This document shows, piece after piece, positions 14,106 through 27,973 of a stretch of 64,000 bases of DNA. Source of the DNA: Octopus sinensis. Its lineage: Eukaryota. Where the stretch lies: positions 124,001-188,000 of the forward strand of contig NC_043015.1 in assembly GCF_006345805.1 (NCBI RefSeq), read 5' to 3'. The notes below the pieces were generated by a model, which had not been told where the DNA came from, did not search any database, and saw only the letters and a list, made by a program, of their open reading frames with translations. The translations under genes were made by a program, and so were the position numbers. Numbering within the stretch: the first letter of the stretch is position 1; every line of letters starts with the position of its first letter.

Positions 14106-15180
14106 TATTGCATATTATATGTAAAGATGAAGTTATGGTCTTCGCTTCGGATACAATTAACCATCCGTCATTGTGTATTTTGCTTTTCCACTTCTCAAAA
14201 GACTTTGTGTCTTCAGTTTGCATTACGTCTTTGATTGATGTATTCTCTATTCGCTGTTCTGAGCAGTCGTTGGAAAACACCGAGTTCCCTCATGGATCAT
14301 CTGGACAAGGTTGTCAGCCAAACATGATCCAGCGTAAGGGATTAAGTGTGAACCCCATACTCATAAGTTGCCTGAACCGTACCGCAAAGGTGACAACAAA
14401 CCAACAGCTAACGCCTGTGGCAATAACTTTAGTATTAAAAATGTGTATAGTCCTTTGCCCTTTTAAGTTAATGACTAGGATTATTTTCCGGCTTCATTCT
14501 CATGATTAAACAACCAGTCACATGCTACCATATGGTTTAACACTTGTAAAGAACACATCCTTCCACACACCGTACAGAGGCTCCTGCAACGCTAGCAAAA
14601 TGTACGTATCTACTGGAAATGTATTGGTTTTTGCCATTTAAGTTTGCATTTTCGCTATTTTCCTTTCCCTTTCTGTTTCTCAAATTAGAGCTGCTGAGTT
14701 TTATAAGTATGGCACTTTAGAAGCTATAGGATTTTCTCGATTTTCCTTACGTTTTTCCTTAACTGACCAATTGTATTTTCAGACGCAATGCACGGATGGC
14801 CAGCTACAGGCATATTTCGTGCTATGACCAAAATCCGCTATTATATATTTGAATATTTCCTATCAAGAATGTCGAAAGCAAATGGTTCAGGAGCCATGAT
14901 ATATACACGTGCTTTAAAATGTTTAAAATAAATTACAGTCAAAAGAAAAAAAAAGCAACCGCAAAAATGGGAATTGATGTTTTACTATTTTGAAATATTT
15001 TGCGAGTAAAAATGAACAAATTAGTAAAACTGTGATGAAACATAAACGAAACGAAGACAAAAAGCAATAGAAAAATAATCAACACCACCATCAAAAGTAA
15101 GTGATGAAATAAGAAGAATTAAGGCCAATTACAAGACGACCAATAGCAACAAGAAAAAAAATCAAAACAATAGAAATAAT

Positions 15181-15447
15181 TATTTACATTATTTACCATT
15201 GACATACATTTGTCCTCATCTTGTTTGTTGTTGACACAACATTTCGGCAGATATACCCTCCAGCCTTCTTCAGGTGTCTTGGGGGAAATTTCGAACCTGG
15301 GTTCTCATTGCTAAGATATTTTTCGATGTTAGTATTATTATTATTATCATTATTATTAGTATTGTTGTTGTTGTTTTTGTTACTGTTATAATAATAATAA
15401 TAATAATGATAACAATAATAATAATAGTAATAATAATAATAATAATA

Positions 15448-15497
<50 letters not shown>

Positions 15498-15642
15498 CAT
15501 TATATCATCGAAAAGTACCTTAGGAAATTTTCCCAAAACACCTGATGAAGGCTGGCGGGTATATCAGCCGAAAGGTTGTGTTAACAACATACAGCATGAA
15601 GACAAATATCCGTCAAATGTATACAATGTAAATAATGTACAT
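15181..15642. repeat. Inverted pair of PLE-type terminal fragments with minimal hammerhead motifs, separated by (ATT)n/(TAA)n
   Basis: 15181-15335 is a diverged reverse complement of 15500-15642. Plus arm AACAC-CTGATGA-AGGCTG..CAGCC-GAAA-GGTT-GTGTT at 15537-15582; the minus arm motif is at 15233-15278. Confidence 0.8.
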
Positions 15643-15813
15643 AATTACTCATCTCTTAAATATCCAGCTCTATTAAGAGAAACAATAAAAATAACAAGCG
15701 CAGCAGCAACAACAACATCATCAATTATATCCATATAAATAATTATTATAGTAATAATAATAAAGATGGTGAAGTTGATGATGATGATGATGATGATAAT
15801 AATAATAATAATG

Positions 15814-15858
<45 letters not shown>

Positions 15859-15902
15859 TAATAATAATAATAATAATGATAATAATAATAATAATAATAA
15901 TG

Positions 15903-15941
<39 letters not shown>

Positions 15942-15955
15942 TAATAATAATAATG

Positions 15956-15992
<37 letters not shown>

Positions 15993-16026
15993 TAACAACA
16001 ACAATAACAACAACAGCAGCAACAAA

Positions 16027-16090
<64 letters not shown>
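15330..16090. repeat. (ATT)n/(TAA)n/(GAT)n/(CAA)n trinucleotide microsatellite field
   Basis: Direct reading of the sequence. Confidence 0.95.
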
Positions 16091-16093
<3 letters not shown>

Positions 16094-16642
16094 GCCCTGA
16101 TGCGGTACCAGGCAGTGGCTCTCATTGTTTCTGATCTTAACTGATTGGAAGTTTTATCATGTGCATTGTTTCGTCTTGGTATAAAAGATGGGCTACAGCA
16201 AATATTCTGCTCAATACCACAGATTTGCTTGTCAGTTGTTTGACCTTAACCAGTTGAGCATGTCCCTTATTGGCTGATGATATGTGCATCTCTGATTACG
16301 AGGAGAAGTAGTGAGGAAGCATCATAGCCATGTGTTTAGAGGGATTCTTTTGGGGTCTGGATAATTCACAATTGGAAACATAGTTGGTTCGTTCAACATC
16401 CTTAAACAATCCTTATTCAGGGACCTTTTGAGCGGGATGGGCAATTCGACCAGAAGAAAATTCTAACTGGGCCCCACCTGCAAGATCATGTGCTGTTTAT
16501 CTTGATGAGATAACCATGTCGCGCAAATTTGGTTGTGATGCATGTGCCTGGTCTACCCTTATCAGACGGGTAGTCATGATGGATATACTGAGCTTCGTAT
16601 ATTTTACCCCAGTGTCACTTTGATGACATGAACTGCTCTCTC

Positions 16643-16643
<1 letters not shown>
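16091..16643. mobile_element. ~550-bp non-coding interspersed element embedded in (TAA)n
   Basis: High-complexity block with sharp boundaries (AATGCCCTGATGCGG ... ACTGCTCTCTC), (TAA)n on both sides, no ORF or TIR. Recalled as a common octopus repeat, not verified. Confidence 0.6.
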
Positions 16644-16697
<54 letters not shown>

Positions 16698-16906
16698 GGA
16701 GAAGAAGAACAAGAAGAACAAGAAGAAAGGAAGTTCTTTGGATACGATTCTGAATATTCCAAATTTTTAAATAACTTAACCGATGTTCCGTATATGTGGG
16801 TTTATATGTTAGCGCACGTATGTGTGTTTGAGTGTGTGTCTGTGCGTGTATGTATGTGCGTTAGTTCGCGTGTGTGCGTGTGTAAGTCTGTGTGCGAAAC
16901 CATGTA

Positions 16907-16942
<36 letters not shown>

Positions 16943-17020
16943 GCTTGTGTTCGTGTACGCAGCTGTATCTCTAAGTAGATATGAATATATAGATACATAC
17001 TATATATATGTATAATACAT

Positions 17021-17062
<42 letters not shown>

Positions 17063-17099
17063 ATATAATATATGTATACGTATATATATACATATTATA

Positions 17100-17134
<35 letters not shown>

Positions 17135-17765
17135 ACGTATATATTATATATATATATATGTGTATACGTATATATATATAATATATATATAAATAATATA
17201 TGTGTATGTATGTATGTATATGCATGTTTGTATGGCAGTTGATAAATATATATTTGTGTGAGTGTACTATATAGCTAAGAGTGGGTGTTTGTGAAACTAG
17301 GAACAATAAAAATACTTCCTGGAGTGCATCGATAATTATCATATCTTGAGGCGAAGAACATAAATGTAAATAGAGAGTAGGAAAGTAGCAAAATATCAAC
17401 ACATCTTCCATAGATGTATTTTTCGCTTTGAGTGGAATATACTTTCTATTTTTTCGCCCCTATTTCTTCCTCTTCACTTTATGTTTATTGTTCTCTCTAT
17501 CACTTCACTTCTCCTTCTCTTTCTCCCCCTCTCTCCCTCTCTCTCTTTCTCTTTCTCTCTCTCTCTATCTATCTGTATCTATATATACATATATATATAT
17601 GTATATACACACATAAATAGACGCATATATCCATATCTATATCTCTACTTATCTATCTATTTATCTATCTATTTATCTACCTATCTATCTATGTCTGTCT
17701 GTCTTTCTGTTCATCTGTCTATCTATCTATCTATCTATCTATCTATATATCTATCTAGTCTATCC

Positions 17766-17821
<56 letters not shown>

Positions 17822-18619
17822 CTTTCTATCTCTCTATCGATCCGTCTATAAATATGTCTGTGTATCTATATACATAAACGTATACATCGGCATGTATACA
17901 CGAAGAAATATATATGTATTCGAATAAATGTGTTTCTATGTATATGTACATATATGCCTATGTTATTTAAATAGCCTATAAACTAATCTACACGCGCTCA
18001 CACAGTCACTCACATGTTAAAGTGCAAAATTTAACATATATTTCAGATACTATAAACAATAATATTAGAATTGAAAATTCAACTACCAACGGATATATTG
18101 AGACGTTGACAGCGAAGAGATCCGTCAGATATTAAACGAAAACATAGACTATTAACACATAGAAAATCTTATCATTAGCTGCCTCGTCGGATACCATGAT
18201 AGTTTCGACACATAATACAGCACATACAGTGATGCTTTCTACGGCAAGAAAAATAAATAAATAGATTAAGGCAAAAAAGAAAGAAAGAAGAGAACTTGAA
18301 CGATGTGTAACAATGATCATGCAATATGAAAATAATGTAAATAAATGTTAAATTTAACATGATGACTGGTAGAAAATCTTTACTCATGTTGCATACATAC
18401 ATACAATCATACAGACATACATACATTCATACATGCATACATACATACACACACATATACATACTTACATACATATAAACACACACACACACATATATAT
18501 ATGTATATATACATACGTTTATGTATATACTTACATCTATGCGTACATACATATATATATATATATAATATATATATTATATATAAAAGTTGAGTTGTGG
18601 GGTATCGCACGAGTGGGAT

Positions 18620-18920
18620 TATATAAGAAAAAAGGTTTGAAAATGCAATTTAAACGATGTTTATTACTTAACCGGTTTCACTCTTGGTAAAAGATTGTCA
18701 AAAGTAACATTAAAAGTATCATTGAATAATATGGGTTCAAAAAAGTTTTTTACATAATTGTCACATTGAATATTATGCATCCAAAAAAGTTTTTTACATA
18801 ATTGTCCATTGGATATTATGAATTCAAAAATGTTTTTTAGACAATCTTTTCCAAAGAGTGAAACCGGTTAAGTAAATAAACATCGTTTAAATTGCATTTT
18901 CAAACCTTTTTTCTTATATA
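18620..18920. repeat. Foldback element with ~85-bp arms containing GAAACCGGTT, internal ~40-bp tandem duplication, next to (TA)-rich tracts
   Basis: 18620-18704 is the reverse complement of 18835-18920. Confidence 0.8.
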
Positions 18921-18934
18921 TATAAATATTATAC

Positions 18935-18971
<37 letters not shown>

Positions 18972-19595
18972 ATATATATATACATATACAGGCAGAGGAC
19001 ATTACGAAACGTGTACAACAAAAAATACGAAGCATGAGTACATGGAACATGAAATATTCTTTCGAACAACGAGAGACACAAATTAGAAAAAAAAACAAAG
19101 AACGTGAAGATCAAACCTTCATCAGTTGTTGGCTGATTTTCTAGTCTCGTATTTCGAGCATTTAACATCAGTATACGCTTTTCATAAACAGTTGCTCCCG
19201 CAACGTAAATTAAGTAAAGTTTGTGATTTTGAAAAGGGTCAAAATTCGAAACAAACAGGACAGTAAAAATAATCAAGAATGGCTGCTAAGCCTAAACGAG
19301 TTTGTGGTGGTGAACTTGTAAATCAAGCTTGGACAGGAGACAGACAAGAACAAATCTTCCCTCTTCCAGCTACAACGGTGAGAAAGAAACACAAGTTAGG
19401 AGAAGAAAGATGGCTCATGGTCAGGTAGGAGCCACGTGAGCAAGGGAGGAGTATTAAGGGAGAGAGTGTGGCAGAGTAGTAGGAGAGAATAGTAGGAGAA
19501 AAGGAGGTAAATGGGCTAACAGTTCCTTCTTAACATCTTACATTATTGGAATATTCAACTATCAACATGACGGCCTGTGAGAGATTATAAATATC

Positions 19596-19633
<38 letters not shown>

Positions 19634-20759
19634 TATATTGTATATATAAAATAGATGGATATAGATATACATATATATATATATATATATATCTAAATAT
19701 ATATATGAATATATATATATACATATATATATATACATATACATACATATACATACATAAATGAATACATATATATAAATATATATGCATGCGTGCCTAT
19801 ATATATATATATATATATACATATATTCATATATGCACATGTACATATGTGCATACATGCGTACATATACTTACATGTGTGTGTGTGTGTCTATCAGGTG
19901 TGTGTGTGTGTGTGTGTATGTATAAACATATGAATGCTTATCTTAATGCTCGAAAATATAAATATATACTAGCAGCTTTGTGAAAACTATAAAATAATGC
20001 TGAAGTCTGTACATACGTCTTTCTATTCAACCGTAGAAATCGTGTCAGCATTTACTTTGATGGCATTAATAGATTTTGCAGTTGATCAAAAAGAACAGCA
20101 ATGTTTATACTGAATTATAATAACGATTTTAAAATAAAAGCAACACTCGATAATAAATAAGAGAACAAAAAGAGTAAATTATATTACATAATTCTAAATC
20201 GATCGTGACAGATGCTAGACTTATAGAAAGTGTTTGCATACGTAAAATACAGACACCTTCGAGAACAAGATAAATACATGCATGTACGTAAGTGTATGTA
20301 TGTGAGTATGTGTGCGTGTGTGTGTGAATGTGTGCGTGCTGTGTTTTGTGTGTGTTCATACACGTGTGTTATCAATGTGTTTCGTGTTTACCCTTAAGAA
20401 AACCGTTGCTCGGGAAACTATTTTAGTCGGTTTTTCAGTTACAGGAAAACGTCATCCTTTCCTCCCCTGACTGTTAAGTCCCCAGCAGAAGATATTGTCA
20501 TGGGCCATAACATCCTCTCCTGACCACGCACACACACACATATCTAGTTAGCATATCGAGCAGAAGCGTTAAATTCCTTTCATTTATGATTCCTTTCAAA
20601 TAATTCTTTCCACTTATGATTATCAGTTACAGAGAAATATTACTGCATATGATATATACGGTCATCTATAAGCACGTACATCTAGATTCAGATGTACACT
20701 CATGGACATACATCAGATCAAATATCTGTTTAAATACTTTGTTTGTAGATTAACTGGGT

Positions 20760-21010
20760 AACCAATGGTTTTATATGATGACGTCTTCACAATTGATTGA
20801 GCGCACCACATGAAAGGTGAGCTGCAAGATGCAGGTGGAAAGAGAGAAAGTTGTGGTGAAAAAGTCAGCAGAAGTTCGCCATTACCTTCTGCTGGAGTCG
20901 CGTGGAGCTTATGCGTTTCGCTCATAAACACACACATCGCCCGGTTTGAGATTCGAACCCGCGATCCTTCGACCACGAGTCCGCTGCTCTAACCACTAGG
21001 CCATGTGCCT
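20760..21010 (-). mobile_element. tRNA-derived SINE, family B
   Basis: Reverse complement reads GGCACATGGCCTAGTGGTTAGAGCAGCGGACTCGTGGTCGAAGGATCGCGGGTTCGAATC (A and B boxes). Confidence 0.8.
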
Positions 21011-21063
21011 CCACCTACATATGACGTAATATGTATATACATATATTTGTGTGTGTGTGTGCA

Positions 21064-21094
<31 letters not shown>

Positions 21095-21095
21095 A

Positions 21096-21344
21096 CAGCG
21101 TTGGCCAAAAGTAATCTGACAGTAAATCAAAGCGCAGGTAATTCCAAGATTAAAACAAAATATTATTTTATGTGACTTCACTAATAAAAAGACAAATGTT
21201 GGGGCAAAAAAAGAAAAGAAAATGGTGAATTTTACTCACAGCATTCAATTATTAAACATTCTTAATTGGAATGAATAAATAAAATTCAATATTACGTATT
21301 TATGGAATTTTGATTTACTGTCAGGTGACTTCTGGCCAACACTG
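21096..21344. mobile_element. Tc1-type MITE (249 bp)
   Basis: ~36-bp TIRs CAGCGTTGGCCAAAAGTAATCTGACAGTAAATCAAA and TTTGATTTACTGTCAGGTGACTTCTGGCCAACACTG, TA on both sides, AT-rich interior. Confidence 0.85.
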
Positions 21345-22648
21345 TATATGAGAAATACGTTGACAAATAGGTAGATAGTCTGATGCATAGATACATAGAT
21401 TGACATGTAGGTAGATAGACGGATAGCTGCCAAAGGACAAAATATATAAAGAAGCACACATAAGCACAGTCCCATACACACACACGCACACACACAGTGT
21501 CTATGAGTGTCATAAAGCCATAGATTTATATGCATTCACAGGCGAAACAGCATAACTATAACTAAGAATGCATACATACATACATATACGCGCAACGCAA
21601 AACCTTATCGAAAATATTTGTGACCAAAAGGTAAAAGAAAATTTTATTTAAAAAAAAATAGAACTGAAGAATGACGAGCACAAATGCTTTAAAATAACAA
21701 ATACAAATAGATCTTGTGTAAACGCCATCATCTAATTACCTAAGAATTTATTTCGTTTTCTTCTGTATTTAAAGCGTTCGCCATTTCAGAGATTTTTTTA
21801 AGGATTCACACTCAATATTATACATAGTTGCTGTTTACTTTCTTTTTTTATTTTTAATGGAATTTATCAGACTAAACTACAGACACACAGAAGACACATA
21901 CGCTTGATATCTTACATACATACAAGCATATATACATGCCGGTATATATACATACATACTTGCATGCATACATACGCGAGCAGACAGACGTAAATAGGTT
22001 GTATATGTGCTTGGGTGTCAATATGTATGTGCGCGTGATCGCATGTATGTATATATGCATGCAGGCATATATGTATATATATATATATATATGTGTATGT
22101 ATGTATGTATGTATGTATGTATGTATGTATGTATGTATGCTTATATGTATATATCTCTGGGTTTGCGTGTGCATGTATATACGTATGTGTATGTATCTGT
22201 TCGTGCATGCATTTTCACACGTTCGTGTGTGTGTGTATGCCTACACACGCGTACATCTATATTTATGAATGCGTGTATCTTTGAGTAGCCGCAAGAATGC
22301 TCAGGCATATTCGCAAAAATGGAGATAAAAGTAAAGAATACGAATGAAATACTCAAATACATATATACATTCACACTTATCTAGCATGCATGTGTGTATT
22401 CTGTGTGTGTATATGTGTGTGTATATGTGTGTGTGTGGCTGTGTCTATGTTCTATATATATGTATAAAGATATACATACATACATACATACATATACATA
22501 CATATATATATTTATCTATCTATCTATCTATCTATCTCCCCTATATATATATATATATATACATGGGCCTATAACAACAAAGGTGATGCGTAGACGTATT
22601 CATATTTACAAAGACGCACGCATCCACATGCATGAACACATACACATG

Positions 22649-22679
<31 letters not shown>

Positions 22680-22961
22680 TACATTATAATTTGTTGGATG
22701 TCCCTGTTAAAAAGAAAGAGTGGTAAAAAAGAAATGAGAATCGTCTCAAGGCAAAATACTCGATGCGTAATCCGGAGTGGGTGTATATATGATTTTTTTT
22801 TTCTTTTGGAAAAAACGACTCTTGAAAAAAATGATTTCGTTATTTTATCCATACAATTTGTATTTTAAGAATTCTGTTGAAGAGAAAACCTTGTGTGAGT
22901 GTGTTTGTGTATATATGTGAATGTATATGTATCTGTGTTCACGTGTGAGTGTATGCTTGCA

Positions 22962-22992
<31 letters not shown>

Positions 22993-23035
22993 GTATGTAT
23001 GTATATATATATATATAATATATATATATATGTAC

Positions 23036-23066
<31 letters not shown>

Positions 23067-24884
23067 CACAGGTATATATTTGATGCATACTTACACACAT
23101 ACACAGACACACACATACACACACACACACGCATATATATATAGTCAATTCAAATAAAAAACATTTAAAAATAGAGCGAAAAAAGAAAAAATGAAGACAT
23201 TCATCGAAAATATACTAAGAGAGAGAGAGCTGTTAACGTTTCTAGTATAGCCCTTCGTCGGAAACAGGAAGGTCTAAAGAGAAAGAAGGAAGAATAGGGA
23301 AAAAATCGCCAACAGTTCACTTGTGGTTACATTTCTGAATGATCAAAACAGTTTGGTACAAATTCATCGATACACCGAGTTTCAAACGGGATGCTTCTCT
23401 TCAGGTATCTTGAATTCGTGTTTATATATATAGTGAGAATTTACGAAAAGAAGAACAAAGGACGAAGACGGGTGTGTAAACAACAAACAGATGTGTTAGT
23501 TTAACGCTCGAGAAGTGCGAAAGTCTTTTACGTTTCGAGCCTACGCTCTTCAACAGGAAGGAACACAGAAATAAACAAGGTCTTTGTTGCAATAATATTC
23601 ATCGAGAGAAAATTCTGCAGATAACATTAGAAAACACACGGAGTTTGAATAACAATGACGTCGTGGAACTGAGCACTTGCTTCTACGGCGTTAGTCTTAA
23701 GCTTGCAATAGCTTTGCACACGCCTGCAAACTTATTGTTTCTTATTTATGTATAAAACGTCAGTTCTTTCTGTGTTTTGAACTATAGCTTCGGTGTCTGT
23801 AACTGATGAAGCACAGGGACGCATAAATACGAACCCTACAATTTGATAAAGCCATTGTTAGTATAGCTTGATGTTGTTCTCACATATTGTTCTCTAAAGA
23901 AAATTACACTTTCATGACAGCTACCATACAGAAAGTTTTTATATGACTGAGTGCGTTCGTTAAATATATATATATATATATACAGCTTTGTGTTAGTCAT
24001 AGTTGCTTAGATTATCTTCAATTAATTAATTTCCTTGTGAGGTGAAAGAGAAAATTATTGTCAATATATCTTGAATGAATATTATTTGTGAGCACCGTTT
24101 AACTTTGGGGAATTCTTCTTCGCTATATTTTCTTACTGCAAGGCAGCGAGCAAAATGTTTAGCAGAATTTCGTCTCTCCTTGCTTTCTGAAGTCAAGTTT
24201 CCTTAGGGTCGACTTTGGACGTTTCGGGATCGATAAAATAAGAGCTAGTTGAGTACTGGTGTCGGTGTAATCGACTTCCCGTCTCACCTAAAATTGCTGG
24301 CCTTGTGTAAAATTTTGAAACCAAGTTTTCCTTCTTGTTGCTACTAAAAGCAGTGATCCAGCATGGTCGCAGTCAAATGACTGAAACCAGTAAAAGAATA
24401 AAAGAAACGGAATAATACATATAGGAAGAGAAAGAAAGAGAGAGAGAGAGAGCAATAAAGAGAGACAGAGACAGAGAGACAGGGACAGACATATCGATAG
24501 AGAGAATAGATAGAAAGACACCAGCAGAGAGATAGATAGTTAGGCTATGACTGTATGTATGTGTGAGTGTGTGTGTGTGCCTGTGAATCTGTGTGTATCA
24601 GGCCTTCACACACGTACACTTATTCACACACCTGTCTTAGTCTAATATGGATTAAGCGTCAAAGAGTATATCTCCCTTTTATATCGTCATTCGCCATTCT
24701 GGACCGCTGAAATCTACAAGTTTTTATTTTTCATTCTCTCTGTTTATTTGGTTGAAGAGCGTAGGCTCGAAACATAAAAGAGTTTTTCATTTTTTCCCGG
24801 GCCTCAAACTATTACACTTGCTTGTTGTTCATACACCTATCTTCGCCTTTTAGTTTTCTATAAATTTCAACTATATATATATAG

Positions 24885-25250
24885 TGCAAGAGTGGCTTGC
24901 TTGCTTACCAACCACATGATTCCAGATTCAGTCCCAATACTATAGCCTCGGGCCAAACAAAGCCTCGTGAGTGGATTTGGTAGACGGAAGTTGAAAGAAG
25001 CTCCGTGTGTTTTCTATACATACATATGTGTGCGCGTGTGTGTATGTCTATGTATCTGTGTTTGTCCCCTCACCACCATCGCTAGACAACCGATGCTGGT
25101 GTGCTTACGTCACCGTAACTTAGCGGTTCGGCAAAAGCTCCCGATAGAATAAGTACTAGGCTTACACGAATAAGTCCTGGGGTCGATATGTTCGACTAGA
25201 GGCGTTGCTCCAGCATGGCGGCAGTCAAATAACTCAAACAAATAAAAGAA
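24885..25250 (+). mobile_element. SINE family A, near full length
   Basis: Head, internal (GT)n, and tail GACAACCGATGCTGGTG...GCTCCAGCATGGCGGCAGTCAAAT. Confidence 0.8.
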
Positions 25251-25297
<47 letters not shown>

Positions 25298-25430
25298 CAT
25301 ACATACATACTACATACATACATACATACATACATACATAGAATAGCTCTATGATATATTATATTGCACGTATATATGCATATATATACATATTATTGTA
25401 TTTGTATATATAGATATATATACATACTAC

Positions 25431-25470
<40 letters not shown>

Positions 25471-26564
25471 TATATATATATAATTTATATATATGTTTAT
25501 ATGTTATATATATACACTTACACTACATGCACACTATAAAGAGAAGAGAAAGAAGGAGAGAAAGAGAAAGAGACTCATGCATAACATGCTTATCATATAT
25601 AGGCAGGGGTCTCGTGTGTAAGTTTTGAGTAACGGTTCGTCACGAAAGCACATGATATATTCTATTAACGAACCATATGTTTTGGTAGCTTTTGACATTG
25701 CAGATGGTCATTGCCCTCTGCTCCTAACTCTGTATCATCGTCTCCGTTACCAATAACACCTTGTATTTGTGTTGTTGCTGTTGTTGCTTTAGGGCACGTG
25801 GTTAATTACTCCACCCCCGACACAGCACCACCACCACCAACTACAACACAAAGGCCTTAAACTTCTGGTTCAATGGACTTTTACCAAAAGATCTGTTCTA
25901 TCTGTTGATGTAAAAGTACGGTTCATTTAATAAAAAGTATTGTATGAAACAATTTTTCCCTCCACACACCTATCACAAACATAAACGGGTTAAACTAATT
26001 ACACGCAACAATATGAACCCTCTGTACACCGACATTGATCTCAAAATAACATAGATTTTTTAATGCTTATTTACTACTGCGTGTAAGTCTTCAGATGTGT
26101 AGAATACGTAATTATTTTACAAGCATGTTGCGTATTAATATATGCTTCTCTACGTGCACAAGTTTGTTTCAAAAAATGGCGGAAGACGTTGCCTCTACGT
26201 CAACATGTGTTGACTGTGTCGCTTCTGTGTATGTGAGTGAGCACGCGTTTGTGAGTGACTGAATGGAAATGCTTACGTGACGGTCTAAGAGCTGTTGCTC
26301 TGTGTTTCAGTTTCCTTTACTTTCCTTCATTCACTGACAGGTTGCTTCGTTATGCTCTTCGCATTGCTGTTGCCATTCATACTTCTTTACTGTGGAGTAT
26401 TCGTACACACACAAGAACGCACGCACATAAAAAGCACGCGTTCCTACACGCATACACACTCACACACTCACACACTTATACACACACATATACAAACAAA
26501 ACACACTAAGAAACAAAAACGCACACATTGTTTTTAATAAAAGATACGGAAGGAAAATGATGTA

Positions 26565-27496
26565 GTGGGTCAACCCATAAATAAAGCGGTTTCTTAATAC
26601 TTCTTTTATTTTTCAAAATTAAGCTAAACAAAGATTTTTCTTCATCTAAAATATATCCACCTTCATTTTCTGCAATGCTCTTCCATCTATCTGGTAGACT
26701 TGCAAGACCCCTCTTACAAAATACACTTGTCTGTGACGAAAAATACTCCTCCAATACTGTTCTGACCTCGTCTAGAGAAATCATATTTTTTCCGTCTAAA
26801 TGATTTTGGTGATTGCGGAATAAATGATAAATAGATGGGGCAATGTTCGCCAAATATGGTGGGTGGGAAATCACTTTCCATTTAAACTGCACCAGCCCTT
26901 GTAATGTCATCGTCGCTGTATGGTGTCAAGCAGTATTCTCAAGGAAGAACACCTTTCGTCTTGAAAACAAAGATGGTCGCTTTTCTTTAAGCGCTGACTT
27001 GAATGACTGGCTGAATGACCAAATGCAAGCTTCTCTGCTAGTTCCTCGACAGTTACGATTAGGTATTTTTCCTACCAGGGTTTGCACGACGCTGAGCTCT
27101 ACAGATCTTCCAGCGTGAGGCTCGTCTTCTTGGCTGTAGTTTCCGGATCGGAATTTCTGAAACCACGGTTGAGACCAGCTTACGCTTATTGTCCAATCCC
27201 CTTATACAGAATTAATATTGATCGCACTTTCCGTTGCGTTGTTGCCTTTATTGAACTTATAATGTATGCCAAAATCATAAATATGCCAAATATGCTCCTT
27301 TGTCACTTCCATTATAACTTTGAAAAAAATAACTGTTAAAATCAAACTGCACTCTTCAAAACTTGAACTAAGAATAAGCACAAGGTAAAATTACTACCTG
27401 ATTTTATAGCAAATCGATGTAGATAATTTATCCCGTCCACCTCCGACTTTTATTTCATGCAACTGAAAAAACCGCGTTGTTTATAGGATGACCCAA
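26565..27496 (-). mobile_element. Internally deleted mariner element with both TIRs and TA target duplication
   Basis: TIRs GTGGGTCAACCCATAAATAAAGCGGTT and AACCGCGTTGTTTATAGGATGACCCAA, with TA at 26563-64 and 27497-98. Minus strand has an N-terminal HTH relic (MEVTKEHI...WFQKFRSGNYSQEDEP) and C-terminal HPPYLANIAPSIYHLFR...RWKSIAENEGGYI. Confidence 0.88.
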
Positions 27497-27798
27497 TATC
27501 ATATATATATATCTGTGTGTGAGTGTGCGCGCGTGTGTGTGTGTGTGTGTGTAGACGACGTATGAGGGTTCGGCAGTTTTTGCCGAGCAGTCACACAGAT
27601 GATTTGTTTATAGTGATCAAATCGACATTACCTGTACAGATGCACCGTGTGCCACAAGTCAAACGGCGAAATGATTGAACAGCAACGTACAATGAAGTGC
27701 TTTGATGAAGAAAACAACGCAACGCCCCAGTCTGGGTATCGAACCCACGATCTCACAATCGTATGTACAACATCCTAACCCCGAAGTCGTGTGCCTTT

Positions 27799-27888
<90 letters not shown>

Positions 27889-27935
27889 ATAAATGTGTGT
27901 GTATATATATGTATGTATGTATGTATGTATCTATC

Positions 27936-27973
<38 letters not shown>

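Noticed and set aside
15270-16144. Several 60-150 aa poly-Ile/Leu/Tyr ORFs
   Set aside because: They are translations of (TAA)n tracts. The same applies to the YI/CV/HT/LS-repeat ORFs throughout the window.
20930-21005. tRNA-like sequences with A and B boxes (also 30313-30390, 49387-49450, 12650-12725)
   Set aside because: No complete cloverleaf, and three of the four continue into SINE bodies (49387 is truncated), so they are SINE heads rather than tRNA genes.
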